Source: Vicinamibacteria bacterium (GTDB lineage Bacteria; Acidobacteriota; Vicinamibacteria; Marinacidobacterales; Marinacidobacteraceae). Taken from it: a stretch of 64,000 bases of DNA. The position numbers and the translations under genes were made by a program. Positions 20,395 to 29,869 of this stretch are shown piece by piece. Location: contig OZ241322.1 of assembly GCA_965199715.1 (NCBI GenBank), positions 1,984,001-2,048,000 of the forward strand, written 5' to 3'. Position 1 is the stretch's first letter. Each line of letters starts with the position of its first letter. Under the pieces are notes generated by a model, which was not told where the DNA came from, did no database searches, and saw only the letters and a program-made list of their open reading frames with translations.

Positions 20395-22800
20395 TCAGAC
20401 GGCGGCCGCCGCCGCTTCCTCGTCCGGGGCGGCCGACCCGACCGGAAGGGTGACCACGAACTCGGCGCCTTCTCCGACCTTCGAGTGCACCTCGAGGGTG
20501 CCCCCGTGGCCGCGGACGATGTCGTGGGAGAGCGACAGCCCGAGTCCGGTGCCCTTGTCGGTGTCCTTCGTCGTGAAGAACGGTTCGAAGATCTTTGCGA
20601 TGTGCGACTCGGGGATGCCGGGGCCGTTGTCCCGGATGCGGACCTCGACCTGTTCGCCCTCGCGCTGACTGGTCACCGTCAGGCGCGGCTGGTAGCCGGG
20701 CTTGACGTCCTCGGAGCGCTGCTTCTCGAGCGTCGCCTGGCAGGCGTTCGTGACGATGTTCAGGAAGACGCGGCTGATGTCCTGCGGCACCGCCTCCACC
20801 TCGCCGACATCCTCGGAGAGGTGCTTCTCGATGGTCATCTGGAACGTGTTGTCCACGGCGCGCATCGAGTGGAACGCGAGCGCCACGTACTCGTCCAGCA
20901 TCGAGTTGATCGCGATCGGCCGGGTCGCGCCTCCCTCCTTGCGGGCGTGCTCGAGCATCCCGTGGACGATCGAGCTGGCGCGCTTGCCGTGATGGTTGAT
21001 CCGCTCGAGGTTCCCGGAGAGGTCGGACTGGATCTCCTCGATCTCCTCCCGGGTCTCCTCGGGCAGGTGCTCGGCCGCCGTCGCGAGCTCGGCGTTCAGA
21101 TCCTCGAGCAGGCCGTTGGAGAGCTCGGCGAAGTTGTTCACGAAGTTCAGCGGGTTCTTGATCTCGTGGGCGATGCCGGCGGTGAGCTGGCCGAGCGAGG
21201 CCAGCTTCTCCTGCATCACCATCTGGTTCTGCGCCGTGCGCAGGTCTTCCAGCGTGGTCTCCAGCTCGCGCTTCTGCTGCTCCTCTCGGGCCAGCAGCTC
21301 CTCGATGAGGTTCAGGCGCTGCACTTCGAGGGCGTTTTGCCGGAACACCTCCAGCGCCTCGGCCATCTCCCCGATCTCGTCCTTGCCGCGCACCTTGACC
21401 TTGGTCTTGAGGTCGCCTCCCGCCATGCGGCGCATCGCCCGCGACAGGTTGTTGAGCCGGCGGACGAGGAACCGCCCCACGAACAGCCAGAGGATGAGCG
21501 CGGCGCTCGTGATCGCGAGGACGTTCAGCGCGAGCAGCAGGGCCCGGCCCAGGTCCAGCGCCGACTCGGCGGCCTCGGTGGCGTTGCGCGCGTCGATCTC
21601 CAGCCCGGTCGTGAGCACCGCGACCGCTCCCTCGAACGAAGCGGTGATCTGAATGTTTCGTTCCAGCAACTGCGTTTGCGCCTGCCGCTCGATCAGGTAG
21701 CGCCGCCGCAGGGTGAAGGCGCCGGTCTCCTCGTCTCCCAGCACCACGATGGACCGGTGCAGCGACCGGAGCCGTCCGGCGCTCGAACCCCGGAGCCCCC
21801 GCAGCGCGCGGTCCGACTCGCGGACCGCGGCCCGGAAACGCGACTCGACCGAGTCCATGAGCTCGGGGTCGTTCTGGACCGCGGCGTCGGAGATGAGTCC
21901 CAGCGCGACGTTCCCGCGCGCCTCGAGGGTGGTCAGCGCCTGGAGCCGCGCCATCTCGGCCCCGGAGGCGCGAACCTCGATTGGAACGGGGGTGTCGCCG
22001 CGCCGCTGCATCCCTGTCGTCATGTAGAAGACCTGGGCGTCGCGCGGGCCCCGCACGGCGCTGTTCCACTCGTTGCCCAGCTCCGCCGCCCGTTGCTGGA
22101 TGTCGGTCAGCAGCCTCTGGAGTCCCACGCTCTCGTCCACCGACACCTGGAGGTTACGGAGGTTGTCCGCCAGATCCTCGACGAACGCCTGAAGGTCGGC
22201 GCCACGTTCGTTCTCCGGGAACTGGGACGACAGCTCGATCAGGCGGGCCGCCGATTCCATGAGGTCGATCGGGGCGGCCTGGGGGGCGCCGTCGCCGCTT
22301 TCGGCCGCGGCCGCGGCCTCCGCCTCCACGACGAGGCGCGGGGCGGCGCCGGCGAGGACCGTCGCCTGTTGCGCCACGTGCACCGCCGAGATCAGCAGCG
22401 GGACGTACTCGTCGTTGATCTCCCGCTGGAGCGCCCCGATCTGGAAGAACCCGTACCACGCCACGAGGCTGGCGGCCACGGTGAGCGCCGCCGCCGAACC
22501 CAGTCCGAGCGAGATCTGGAAGCTGATGCGCCGCAGCAGCGGGAGCTTCCGGTCCTCCTCCTCCTTCTCCGGCTGCGCCGCGCCGCCGCCCCCTTCCCCG
22601 TCGGGGTCGAACTCGAAGGACTCCTCCTCCCCGTCGTCGGCCCAGGGGTCGAGCTCCTCTCCCGGTTGCGCGTCCCTTTCGTCTTCGGCCCAAGGGTCGA
22701 GCGACTCCTGGGACTCGTCCCCGGCGGCATCCTGTTCGGGCTCCCCAGGCTTGCCGTTCGCCTCGGGCGCGCCGTTCTTCGGGAAAGGGTCAGAGGTCAT
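20395..22800 (-). CDS. Membrane sensor histidine kinase (TorS-like periplasmic domain, HAMP, HisKA, HATPase)
   Basis: Two TM helices, HAMP DEIGEMA, AHEIKNPLNF, N/G1/F/G2 boxes (DNGPGIP, FEPFFTTK, GTGLGL). Confidence 0.93.
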   Translation of the reverse strand: MTSDPFPKNGAPEANGKPGEPEQDAAGDESQESLDPWAEDERDAQPGEELDPWADDGEEESFEFDPDGEGGGGAAQPEKEEEDRKLPLLRRISFQISLGLGSAAALTVAASLVAWYGFFQIGALQREINDEYVPLLISAVHVAQQATVLAGAAPRLVVEAEAAAAAESGDGAPQAAPIDLMESAARLIELSSQFPENERGADLQAFVEDLADNLRNLQVSVDESVGLQRLLTDIQQRAAELGNEWNSAVRGPRDAQVFYMTTGMQRRGDTPVPIEVRASGAEMARLQALTTLEARGNVALGLISDAAVQNDPELMDSVESRFRAAVRESDRALRGLRGSSAGRLRSLHRSIVVLGDEETGAFTLRRRYLIERQAQTQLLERNIQITASFEGAVAVLTTGLEIDARNATEAAESALDLGRALLLALNVLAITSAALILWLFVGRFLVRRLNNLSRAMRRMAGGDLKTKVKVRGKDEIGEMAEALEVFRQNALEVQRLNLIEELLAREEQQKRELETTLEDLRTAQNQMVMQEKLASLGQLTAGIAHEIKNPLNFVNNFAELSNGLLEDLNAELATAAEHLPEETREEIEEIQSDLSGNLERINHHGKRASSIVHGMLEHARKEGGATRPIAINSMLDEYVALAFHSMRAVDNTFQMTIEKHLSEDVGEVEAVPQDISRVFLNIVTNACQATLEKQRSEDVKPGYQPRLTVTSQREGEQVEVRIRDNGPGIPESHIAKIFEPFFTTKDTDKGTGLGLSLSHDIVRGHGGTLEVHSKVGEGAEFVVTLPVGSAAPDEEAAAAAV

Positions 22801-22904
22801 AGGGTCCGCTCGCTACCGGCGCAATCCGTCCTCCGTCTGCCTCCGTCCCGGCAGCGAAGACGCCGATCATGCGGGAACGCCCGTCCCCGCCGATGCGGCG
22901 CGGA

Positions 22905-24065
22905 TCATGAGCCTTTCGTGAAGGAAAGCGTGAGGCAGGTGATGTCGTCGGACTGGTGTTCGCCGCCGGTGAACTTTCGGACCGCATCCACCACCGCATC
23001 GTTCACTTGCTCCGGATTCGCGTTCCCGACCGAGGAGAGGACGTTCGCGAGCCGCTCGTCGTCGAACAGCGAGTCGTCCGGCCGCTCGGCCTCGGGGACT
23101 CCGTCGGTGTAGAAGAAGAGCCGGTCGTCGGGGCGGAGCCGCACCGACTGCTGCGAGTACGGGAGTTCGGGCATGACGCCGAGCGCGATGCCGTTCGTCG
23201 AGGGGAGGAGCTTCGGCTCCTCGCCCTCGCGCACGAGGTACGGCGGACAGTGGCCGCCGTTCGAGTAGGTGAACACGCCGTGTTCGTCGATCACGCCGTA
23301 GATCAGCGTGACGAACATGCTGGACTCGTTGTCCTTGCACAGCACGTCGTTCACCTGCTCCAGCACGCGCGCCGGATCGAGCGCGCCCGAAGCGTGGCCC
23401 TTCAGCAGCGTCCGGCTCACCATCATGAACAGCGCCGCGGGAACGCCCTTGCCCGAAACGTCCGCGATCACCACGCCGATCTGCCGTTGCGGCAGAATGA
23501 ACACGTCGTAGAAATCGCCGCCCACGTCCTGCGCCGGGGTCATGACCGCGTGCGTCGAGCAGAAGTGGGTCGTCGGGAACACCTGCGGAAGGATGGACAA
23601 CTGCATCTTCCGCGCGACCCGGAGCTCCTCATGGATGGCCATGAGCCGGTTCCGTTGGCTCATCGCCTCCCGCAGCATGGCGACGTGCTGGAGGCTCTTG
23701 TCGAGCGTGAGCTCCAGATCCTGGAAGTCGATCGGCTTGGTGATGAAGTCGAACGCGCCCCGGTTCATCGCCGTGCGGATGTTCCGCATGTCTCCGTACG
23801 CCGAGACCACGACCGCCCGCACGCGGGGGCGGGCGGACTTCAGCTCGGTGAGCAGCGTGAGCCCGTCCATCCGCGGCATGTTGATGTCCGTCATGATGAG
23901 CTCGATCTCGTCGTGCTGATCGAGCGCCTCGAGCGCCTGCACGCCATCCTGGGCGAAGATAAACCGCATGCGCCCTTTCCGGATGTCCCGTCGGAAGCGT
24001 TGCCGGATCAGGAATTCAAGATCCGGCTCGTCGTCCACGACGAGGATGGTGGGGGGATCTTCCAT
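22905..24065 (-). CDS. Response regulator receiver-SpoIIE/PP2C phosphatase (RsbU/RsbP-like)
   Basis: VVDDE, TDINMP, FITKP; VGGDFYD, IADVSGKG, YTDGV, SDDIT. Confidence 0.93.
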   Translation of the reverse strand: MEDPPTILVVDDEPDLEFLIRQRFRRDIRKGRMRFIFAQDGVQALEALDQHDEIELIMTDINMPRMDGLTLLTELKSARPRVRAVVVSAYGDMRNIRTAMNRGAFDFITKPIDFQDLELTLDKSLQHVAMLREAMSQRNRLMAIHEELRVARKMQLSILPQVFPTTHFCSTHAVMTPAQDVGGDFYDVFILPQRQIGVVIADVSGKGVPAALFMMVSRTLLKGHASGALDPARVLEQVNDVLCKDNESSMFVTLIYGVIDEHGVFTYSNGGHCPPYLVREGEEPKLLPSTNGIALGVMPELPYSQQSVRLRPDDRLFFYTDGVPEAERPDDSLFDDERLANVLSSVGNANPEQVNDAVVDAVRKFTGGEHQSDDITCLTLSFTKGS

Positions 24066-24106
24066 TACCGTGGTATTATGGCAGCAATGCGCGGCGGCGG
24101 CTTTCG

Positions 24107-25861
24107 TCAGCCCGCGAAGCCGGGCGGCCTCCGCTCGTGGAAGTCGGTGGCCTTCTGGAAAGCGTGCGCCAGCGTGAGGAGGCCGGAGTCGCCGTAGAGC
24201 CGTCCGGTCAGGCGCAGGCTGGTCGGCGACCCCTCGTGGAACCCGCTCGGCGTCGAGATCTCCGGATGGCCGGTCAGGTTCGTGAGGCCGAGGCGCGATC
24301 CGACCACCACGTCGAAGTCCCCGAGCGCCTCATCGAACTCCCGCATGACCTGCGTGCGCACCCGCATCGCTTGGATGTACTCCACGGCCGGGACGAAGCG
24401 GTGCTGGCGGAAGCTGTCCGGCCAACTGCTCTCCTCGGGCGGCTCCTTCATCATCAGGTCGTCGCCGCTGAGCGTCAGGCCGTCGTGGGCCGCAGCGGAT
24501 TCGGTGACGAGCACGAACCCGATGCGCTCCGAGCCGAAGTTGGAGAGCTCGAGCGGGGTCACTGTGACGCCGAGGCCGCGAAGCGTCTCGATCGCGGACC
24601 GGGTCGCGGCCTGGCTCGCCCGCTGCCCGGCGACGCGCTCGGGGGCGTCCGGGTCGTCCTCGATCTCGTCCTCGACCTGCTCGCGGTCGTAGGCCACGTT
24701 GAGCGCCGTCGGGTCGGCGCCCGCGTCCCACAGGAAGCCGGGATCGCGGACGGCCCGGTCGAGGCCGTCCTCGCCCCGAATGGCATCGAAGACGAGGGCG
24801 CAGTCCTCGGCGCTGCGGCACATCGGGCCGATCTTGTCCATCGTCCATGACAGGGCCATGGCCCCGGCGCGGCTGACCCGCCCGAACGTCGGCCGGAGCC
24901 CGGTCACTCCGTTGCGCGTCGAGGGCGAGATGATGGAGCCCCGGGTCTCGGTGCCGATGGCGAACCCGACGAGGCCGGCCGCGGTCGCCGACCCGGATCC
25001 GGCCGAGGACCCGCTCGACCCCTGCTCGGTGTTCCACGGGTTGCGGGTCCGCCCGCCGAACCACCGGTCGCCCTGCGCCAGCGCCCCCATGGAGAGCTTG
25101 GCCACGAGCACCGCGCCCGCCTCGGCGAGCTTGCGGCACACGGTCGCGTCCTCGTCGATCTCCCGGTCGCGGTAGGGCGAGGCGCCCCACGTCGTCCTCG
25201 TGCCCCGCACCGAGAGCAGGTCCTTTGCGCCCCACGGGATTCCGTGGAGCGGCCCCCGGTAGTTCCCGTCGGCGATCTCCCGGTCGGCCCGGGCCGCCTG
25301 CTCCATCGCCAGGTCCTCGGTCAGGCTGACCACGCAATGCAGCTCCGGATCGAACCGCCGGAGCCGCTCGAGGTAGATCCGCGTCAGATCCGTCGAGGTG
25401 ATTTCGCGCTTCTCGATCAGCCGGGCCAGATGGGTGACCGGAAGGAAGGCCACGTCCTCGTCCGTCGCCGGGCGGGGCTCGTCCGGCCGCGACGGGCGCA
25501 TGCCGCTCGCCGTCGCCGGCATGTCCTTGCCGGGCGGCAGCGGGTGGAAGACGAAGGACGGCGGGTCGTGGGCCGTGAGCGCGCGCTCCCGATTCGCCCG
25601 GTAGGCGTCCATGACGCCGTTCTCCCGGTTCAGCCGCTCCAGCACCGGCGCGAGCTCCTCGTCCGAGAACGAGAGGCCGGCGAGCGCCTGCGCCTTCTTC
25701 AACATGTCGAGCGTCACCTCGCCGGCGTCGCCGGCGCAGGCGGTGAGCGTCCCGGGGAGGAGCGTGGCGCCCAGCCCGACCGCCGAGAGGCCGGCGAGGA
25801 ACTGGCGGCGGTTCGAGGCGAGCCTCGGGCTCTCGGGAGCGGCGAAAGCGGGAGCGGTCAT
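24107..25861 (-). CDS. Amidase signature family enzyme, Tat-exported
   Basis: GPLHGIPWGAKD, GSSGSSAGSG, IGTETRGSI; SNRRQFL Tat motif and LTAC lipobox-like sequence. Confidence 0.92.
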   Translation of the reverse strand: MTAPAFAAPESPRLASNRRQFLAGLSAVGLGATLLPGTLTACAGDAGEVTLDMLKKAQALAGLSFSDEELAPVLERLNRENGVMDAYRANRERALTAHDPPSFVFHPLPPGKDMPATASGMRPSRPDEPRPATDEDVAFLPVTHLARLIEKREITSTDLTRIYLERLRRFDPELHCVVSLTEDLAMEQAARADREIADGNYRGPLHGIPWGAKDLLSVRGTRTTWGASPYRDREIDEDATVCRKLAEAGAVLVAKLSMGALAQGDRWFGGRTRNPWNTEQGSSGSSAGSGSATAAGLVGFAIGTETRGSIISPSTRNGVTGLRPTFGRVSRAGAMALSWTMDKIGPMCRSAEDCALVFDAIRGEDGLDRAVRDPGFLWDAGADPTALNVAYDREQVEDEIEDDPDAPERVAGQRASQAATRSAIETLRGLGVTVTPLELSNFGSERIGFVLVTESAAAHDGLTLSGDDLMMKEPPEESSWPDSFRQHRFVPAVEYIQAMRVRTQVMREFDEALGDFDVVVGSRLGLTNLTGHPEISTPSGFHEGSPTSLRLTGRLYGDSGLLTLAHAFQKATDFHERRPPGFAG

Positions 25862-25901
25862 CCGCGTATTCTGACGGACACCCGCGTATCCTTCGCCGCA
25901 C

Positions 25902-26906
25902 GTGACCATGGGGGAGCCGACGCCGCTTCGCGTGCATCTGGCGAGCGACTCCGTGGAGACCGAGCACTACCGGCTCGACCCAGCCCGCTTCGAGGCTGCC
26001 GGGCGGGAGTTCCCGGACACGTTCCGCCGTCTCGCGCCGAGCTATTCGAACGACGACGCCGGGTTCGCGCGGGGCGTGGCCGACGCCGAGGTCCTGATCG
26101 GCTGGAAGTTCTCCCGCGAGGGTCTCGCCCGGCGGGCGCCGCGGCTGCGGTGGATCCAGCTCATCGGGGCGGGCGTGGACCACCTCTATCCGCTCGACTG
26201 GCTGCCGCCGGGCGTGCAGCTCGCGAACGCGAGCGGGGTCCACACCGGAAAGTCGTTCGAGTACGCGCTGATGTCCCTCGTCGCGCTCTTCACCGGGCTG
26301 CCCCGGCTCATCGACCATCAGCGCGCGCGCCGCTGGTCCAAGATCCAGACCGGCACGCTCCCCGGCCGAACCGCGCTCGTGATCGGCCTCGGCGCCGTCG
26401 GCACCGGCGCCGCCGGCGCCGCGAAGACCCTCGGCATGCGCGTGCTCGGCGTCCGCCGTTCCCGCCGGCGGCACCGTCACGCCGACCGGGTGTTCCCGTT
26501 CGCCGAACTGCGGGACGCGCTCCCCGAGGCCGACTTCGTGATCCTCGCCGCGCCGCTCACCCGGGAAACGCGCGAAATCCTCGGCGCGGAGGAAATCGCG
26601 CTCCTGCCCCGGGGCGCGGGAATCGTGAACCTCGGCCGGGGCCGGCTCATCGCGCAGCCGGCGCTCGTCGCGGCGCTGAAGAGCGGCCATCTCGGCGGGG
26701 CGTTCCTCGATGTCGCGTGGCCCGAGCCGCACCCGCCGGACGGCCCGCTGTGGGACGCGCCCAACCTCATCCTGACGCCCCACGTAGGGGCCGACGACAT
26801 CGAGAACTACGTCCCGCTGGTGTTCCGGATCGCGCTCGAGAACCTGACCCGCGACCTCGCGGGGAGACCGTTGCGGAACCGGGTGCGGCCCGAGCTCGGC
26901 TACTGA
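25902..26906 (+). CDS. D-2-hydroxyacid dehydrogenase family protein
   Basis: GAGVD, GLGAVG Rossmann motif, NLGRG, LDV..PEP, LTPH. Confidence 0.9.
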   Translation: MTMGEPTPLRVHLASDSVETEHYRLDPARFEAAGREFPDTFRRLAPSYSNDDAGFARGVADAEVLIGWKFSREGLARRAPRLRWIQLIGAGVDHLYPLDWLPPGVQLANASGVHTGKSFEYALMSLVALFTGLPRLIDHQRARRWSKIQTGTLPGRTALVIGLGAVGTGAAGAAKTLGMRVLGVRRSRRRHRHADRVFPFAELRDALPEADFVILAAPLTRETREILGAEEIALLPRGAGIVNLGRGRLIAQPALVAALKSGHLGGAFLDVAWPEPHPPDGPLWDAPNLILTPHVGADDIENYVPLVFRIALENLTRDLAGRPLRNRVRPELGY

Positions 26907-27727
26907 GCGTCGCGCTCGGCGACGACCCCGTTCCGGAGCAGGCCGACGCGCTCGATCTCCACCTCGACCACGTCGCCGGGCTTCAGGAACACTTGCGGAT
27001 CGCGGGCGACGCCCACGCCGGACGGCGTCCCGGTCGCGATCACGTCGCCGGGAAACAGCGGGGTGATCCGCGAGAGGTAGGCGATGAGGAAGCGCACCGG
27101 GTAGGTCATCCGGCTCGTGTGGCTGCTTTGCATCGCCTCTCCGTTCAGCCGGGTCTCGATCGCGAGCGCCTGCGGATCGGGGACCTCGTCGGCGGTCGTG
27201 AGCCACGGACCGAAGGCCCCGGTCCGCCAGAAGTTCTTGCCGGGACCGAACTGGCTGCTGTGCGACTGGAAGTCGCGCACCGAGGCGTCGTTGAAGCAGG
27301 AGTACCCGGCCACGTGGTCGAGGGCGTCCTCCTCCTTGACGTGGCGCCCGGGCTTGCCGATCACGACGGCGAGCTCGCCCTCGTAGTCCAATTGGCGGGA
27401 CGCGCTCGGGACGACGAGATCCTCCCCGCAGCCCAGGAGGCAAGCGGGAAACCGGGTGAACAGCGTGGGCCAGTCCGCCCGCGCCTTGCCGGTCTCGATC
27501 CGGTGGTCCTCGTAGTTGAGCCCGACGCACCAGAGCGCGCCCGGCCGCGGGATCAGCGGGGCGAACCGCGCGTCCCCGATCGGCTCGCCGCTCGCCGACG
27601 GGCGCGCGCCCGAGGCCAGCAGCCCGCTCAGGTCGCCCTGGAAGGGCTCGTCCAGCAGGCGGAGGGAGTCGCCGGACGCCGCCGCGAGCGCCCGGCCGTC
27701 CGGCAGTTCCAGAGTGGCGAGTCGCAT
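26900..27727 (-). CDS. Fumarylacetoacetate hydrolase family protein
   Basis: CVGLNYEDH, LDYEGELAVVIG, NDASVRDFQ, GDVIATGTPSGVG. Confidence 0.93.
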   Translation of the reverse strand: MRLATLELPDGRALAAASGDSLRLLDEPFQGDLSGLLASGARPSASGEPIGDARFAPLIPRPGALWCVGLNYEDHRIETGKARADWPTLFTRFPACLLGCGEDLVVPSASRQLDYEGELAVVIGKPGRHVKEEDALDHVAGYSCFNDASVRDFQSHSSQFGPGKNFWRTGAFGPWLTTADEVPDPQALAIETRLNGEAMQSSHTSRMTYPVRFLIAYLSRITPLFPGDVIATGTPSGVGVARDPQVFLKPGDVVEVEIERVGLLRNGVVAERDAQ

Positions 27728-27739
27728 GGGCGCGGGATG

Positions 27740-28114
27740 CTAGCCGGTCACCCGGCGCAGCGCGGCCGCGAAGGCCGCCGGATCGCCGGTCCAGTCGCCG
27801 TCCGGGGTCGGCGCGAATCCGGGCGGCGGCGGCCCCGGGTGGACGTAGAGCCCGACGCCGTCCACGTCCTCCCGGCGGTAGCCGAATTGGCCCTCGAAAC
27901 GGTCCAATTCGGCGAGGACGTCCGCGTCCACGTCGTACAGCTCCACCCGGAGCGGATGCGTCCCCGGGCCCGGCGTGAGCATCGGGTACTCGTGGTTGCC
28001 GAACAGCCGAAAGGGCGTCACGAGCGCCGGCGCCGAGACGAAGCGCGCCCGGGCGAGCATCCGGTGGTTCGCCTCGCCGCGTTTCAGCGTGCCGTACGCG
28101 CCGATCCGGGTCAC
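27740..28114 (-). CDS. Gamma-glutamylcyclotransferase (AIG2-like) family protein
   Basis: AYGTLKRGEANH and LDRFEG motifs; GTGA overlap with the upstream gene. Confidence 0.85.
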   Translation of the reverse strand: MTRIGAYGTLKRGEANHRMLARARFVSAPALVTPFRLFGNHEYPMLTPGPGTHPLRVELYDVDADVLAELDRFEGQFGYRREDVDGVGLYVHPGPPPPGFAPTPDGDWTGDPAAFAAALRRVTG

Positions 28115-29826
28115 GGGTCGGCGCGGTGCCGGATCTCGCCGCCGACGATGGTCATCCACGCGGTCGTCCCCGGGATCTCGTCCTCGGGGACGGTCAGGAC
28201 GTCCCGCGTGAGCACCGTGACGTCGGCGTACTTCCCCGGAGTCAGGCTTCCCTTGACGTCCTCCTCGAACGCGGCGAAGGCCCCCGCCATCGTGTAGGAA
28301 TAGAGCGCCTCCTCCCGCGTGAGCGCCTCCTCCGGATAGAAGCGGCTTCCGTCGGGAAGCTGCCGGGCGACCGTCGCGTGGAAGCTCGGGATCGGGTCGA
28401 GGTCCTCCACCGGCGCGTCGGTCCCGTTCGTGACCACGGCGCCCGTGTCGAGGAGCGTCCGCCAGACGTATGCGCCGGCCTCCGCCCGCCCGTCCCCGAG
28501 CTTCTCCGGAACCCACGGGCCGTCCGAAGTGGCGTGCACCGCCTGCATCGAGGCGATCACGCCCAGCTCGCCGAAGCGCGGGACGTCGTCGGGATGCAGG
28601 TGCTGCGCATGCTCGATCCGGAAGCGCAGGTCGCGCCCCTCGACCCCGGCTTCCTCGAAGGCCCGCTGGTAGAGGTCGAGCACCTCCCGGTTCCCGCGGT
28701 CGCCGATCGCGTGGGTGTTCACCTGATAGCCGTGGCGGATGGCGATCCGCGCCGTCTCCTCGATGTCTCCGACTTCCTCGAGCACGAGCCCCACGCTCTC
28801 GGGCATGTCGTCGTAAGGCTCGAGCAGCCACGCCCCGTGCGCTCCGAGCGCGCCGTCCACCTGTCGCTTGATGGAGCGCACGGTGAGATGGCCGTCCGCG
28901 TGGTTCGTCATCAGGTACTCCGGCAGGCGCCGATCCATCTCCTCATTGGACTCGCCCCGCACCATGACGTAGAGCCGGATCGGCAGCCGCCCGGCCTCCG
29001 CCATGTCGCGGAAGAAGTCGATGAGCGCGAAACTGGATCCCGCGTCCTGAAAGCTCGTGATCCCCTTGCGCAGCGACTCCTCGGCGGCGAGCTCGAGCTG
29101 AAGCTCCATCCTGGCGCGGATCTCTTCCTCGCTGCGCTCTGACAGCACCACGTCCCGGGCGCGGGCCACGAGGCGCTGCGCGGTCTCGCGGAGCGCGCCG
29201 GTGGGGTTGCCCTCCGCATCCTTCACGATCGTGCCGCCCGGCGGGTCCGGCGTATCCCGGTCGATCCCGGCGAGCTCCATGGCGAGCGCGTTCGCGAACG
29301 CGGCGTGGCCGCTCGCGTGCCGGAGCAGCACCGGGTGCTCGGGCGAAATCTCCGAAAGCCCCAGATGGTGGGGGAGGCCCTCCACCGCCCCGCCGGGGGC
29401 TTCGTTCCACTTTTCCTGATGCCAGCCGCGTCCCTCGATCCACGTCCCCGGCGGGGCGTCCGCGACCGCCTCGGCCACCATGTCCACGATCCGGTTCCAG
29501 TTCTCGACCTCGCCCAGCTTCAGGATGAGCTGCGCGTCGCCCACGCCCATGAAGTGGCCGTGGCTCTCGATGAATCCCGGGATCGCGAGCCGTCCCCCCA
29601 GATCCACGACTTCGGTGTCCGGTCCGACGTGATCGCGGATGGCCCGGTCGGTCCCCACGGCGACGATCCGGCCGTTCCGCGCGGCGAGCGCCTCGCCTTC
29701 CGGTTGATCCGGGTCCATCGTGACCACCCGTCCCGAGAGCAACACCAGGTCCGCCGGCTCCGGCGCCGGGCCGGAGCACGCCGTTACCGCGAGACCGGAG
29801 AGAAGCAGCAGCACTCGTTGGAACAT
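28111..29826 (-). CDS. Amidohydrolase 3 (YtcJ-like) lipoprotein
   Basis: PGFIESHGH, DGALGAHGA, THAIGD, RIEHAQ, GTDAPV, GKYADV; VTAC lipobox. Confidence 0.92.
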   Translation of the reverse strand: MFQRVLLLLSGLAVTACSGPAPEPADLVLLSGRVVTMDPDQPEGEALAARNGRIVAVGTDRAIRDHVGPDTEVVDLGGRLAIPGFIESHGHFMGVGDAQLILKLGEVENWNRIVDMVAEAVADAPPGTWIEGRGWHQEKWNEAPGGAVEGLPHHLGLSEISPEHPVLLRHASGHAAFANALAMELAGIDRDTPDPPGGTIVKDAEGNPTGALRETAQRLVARARDVVLSERSEEEIRARMELQLELAAEESLRKGITSFQDAGSSFALIDFFRDMAEAGRLPIRLYVMVRGESNEEMDRRLPEYLMTNHADGHLTVRSIKRQVDGALGAHGAWLLEPYDDMPESVGLVLEEVGDIEETARIAIRHGYQVNTHAIGDRGNREVLDLYQRAFEEAGVEGRDLRFRIEHAQHLHPDDVPRFGELGVIASMQAVHATSDGPWVPEKLGDGRAEAGAYVWRTLLDTGAVVTNGTDAPVEDLDPIPSFHATVARQLPDGSRFYPEEALTREEALYSYTMAGAFAAFEEDVKGSLTPGKYADVTVLTRDVLTVPEDEIPGTTAWMTIVGGEIRHRADP

Positions 29827-29869
29827 GGCGGACCTCCGGGAAGGCAGGGTAGCGCGGTATGTTGGGGGC

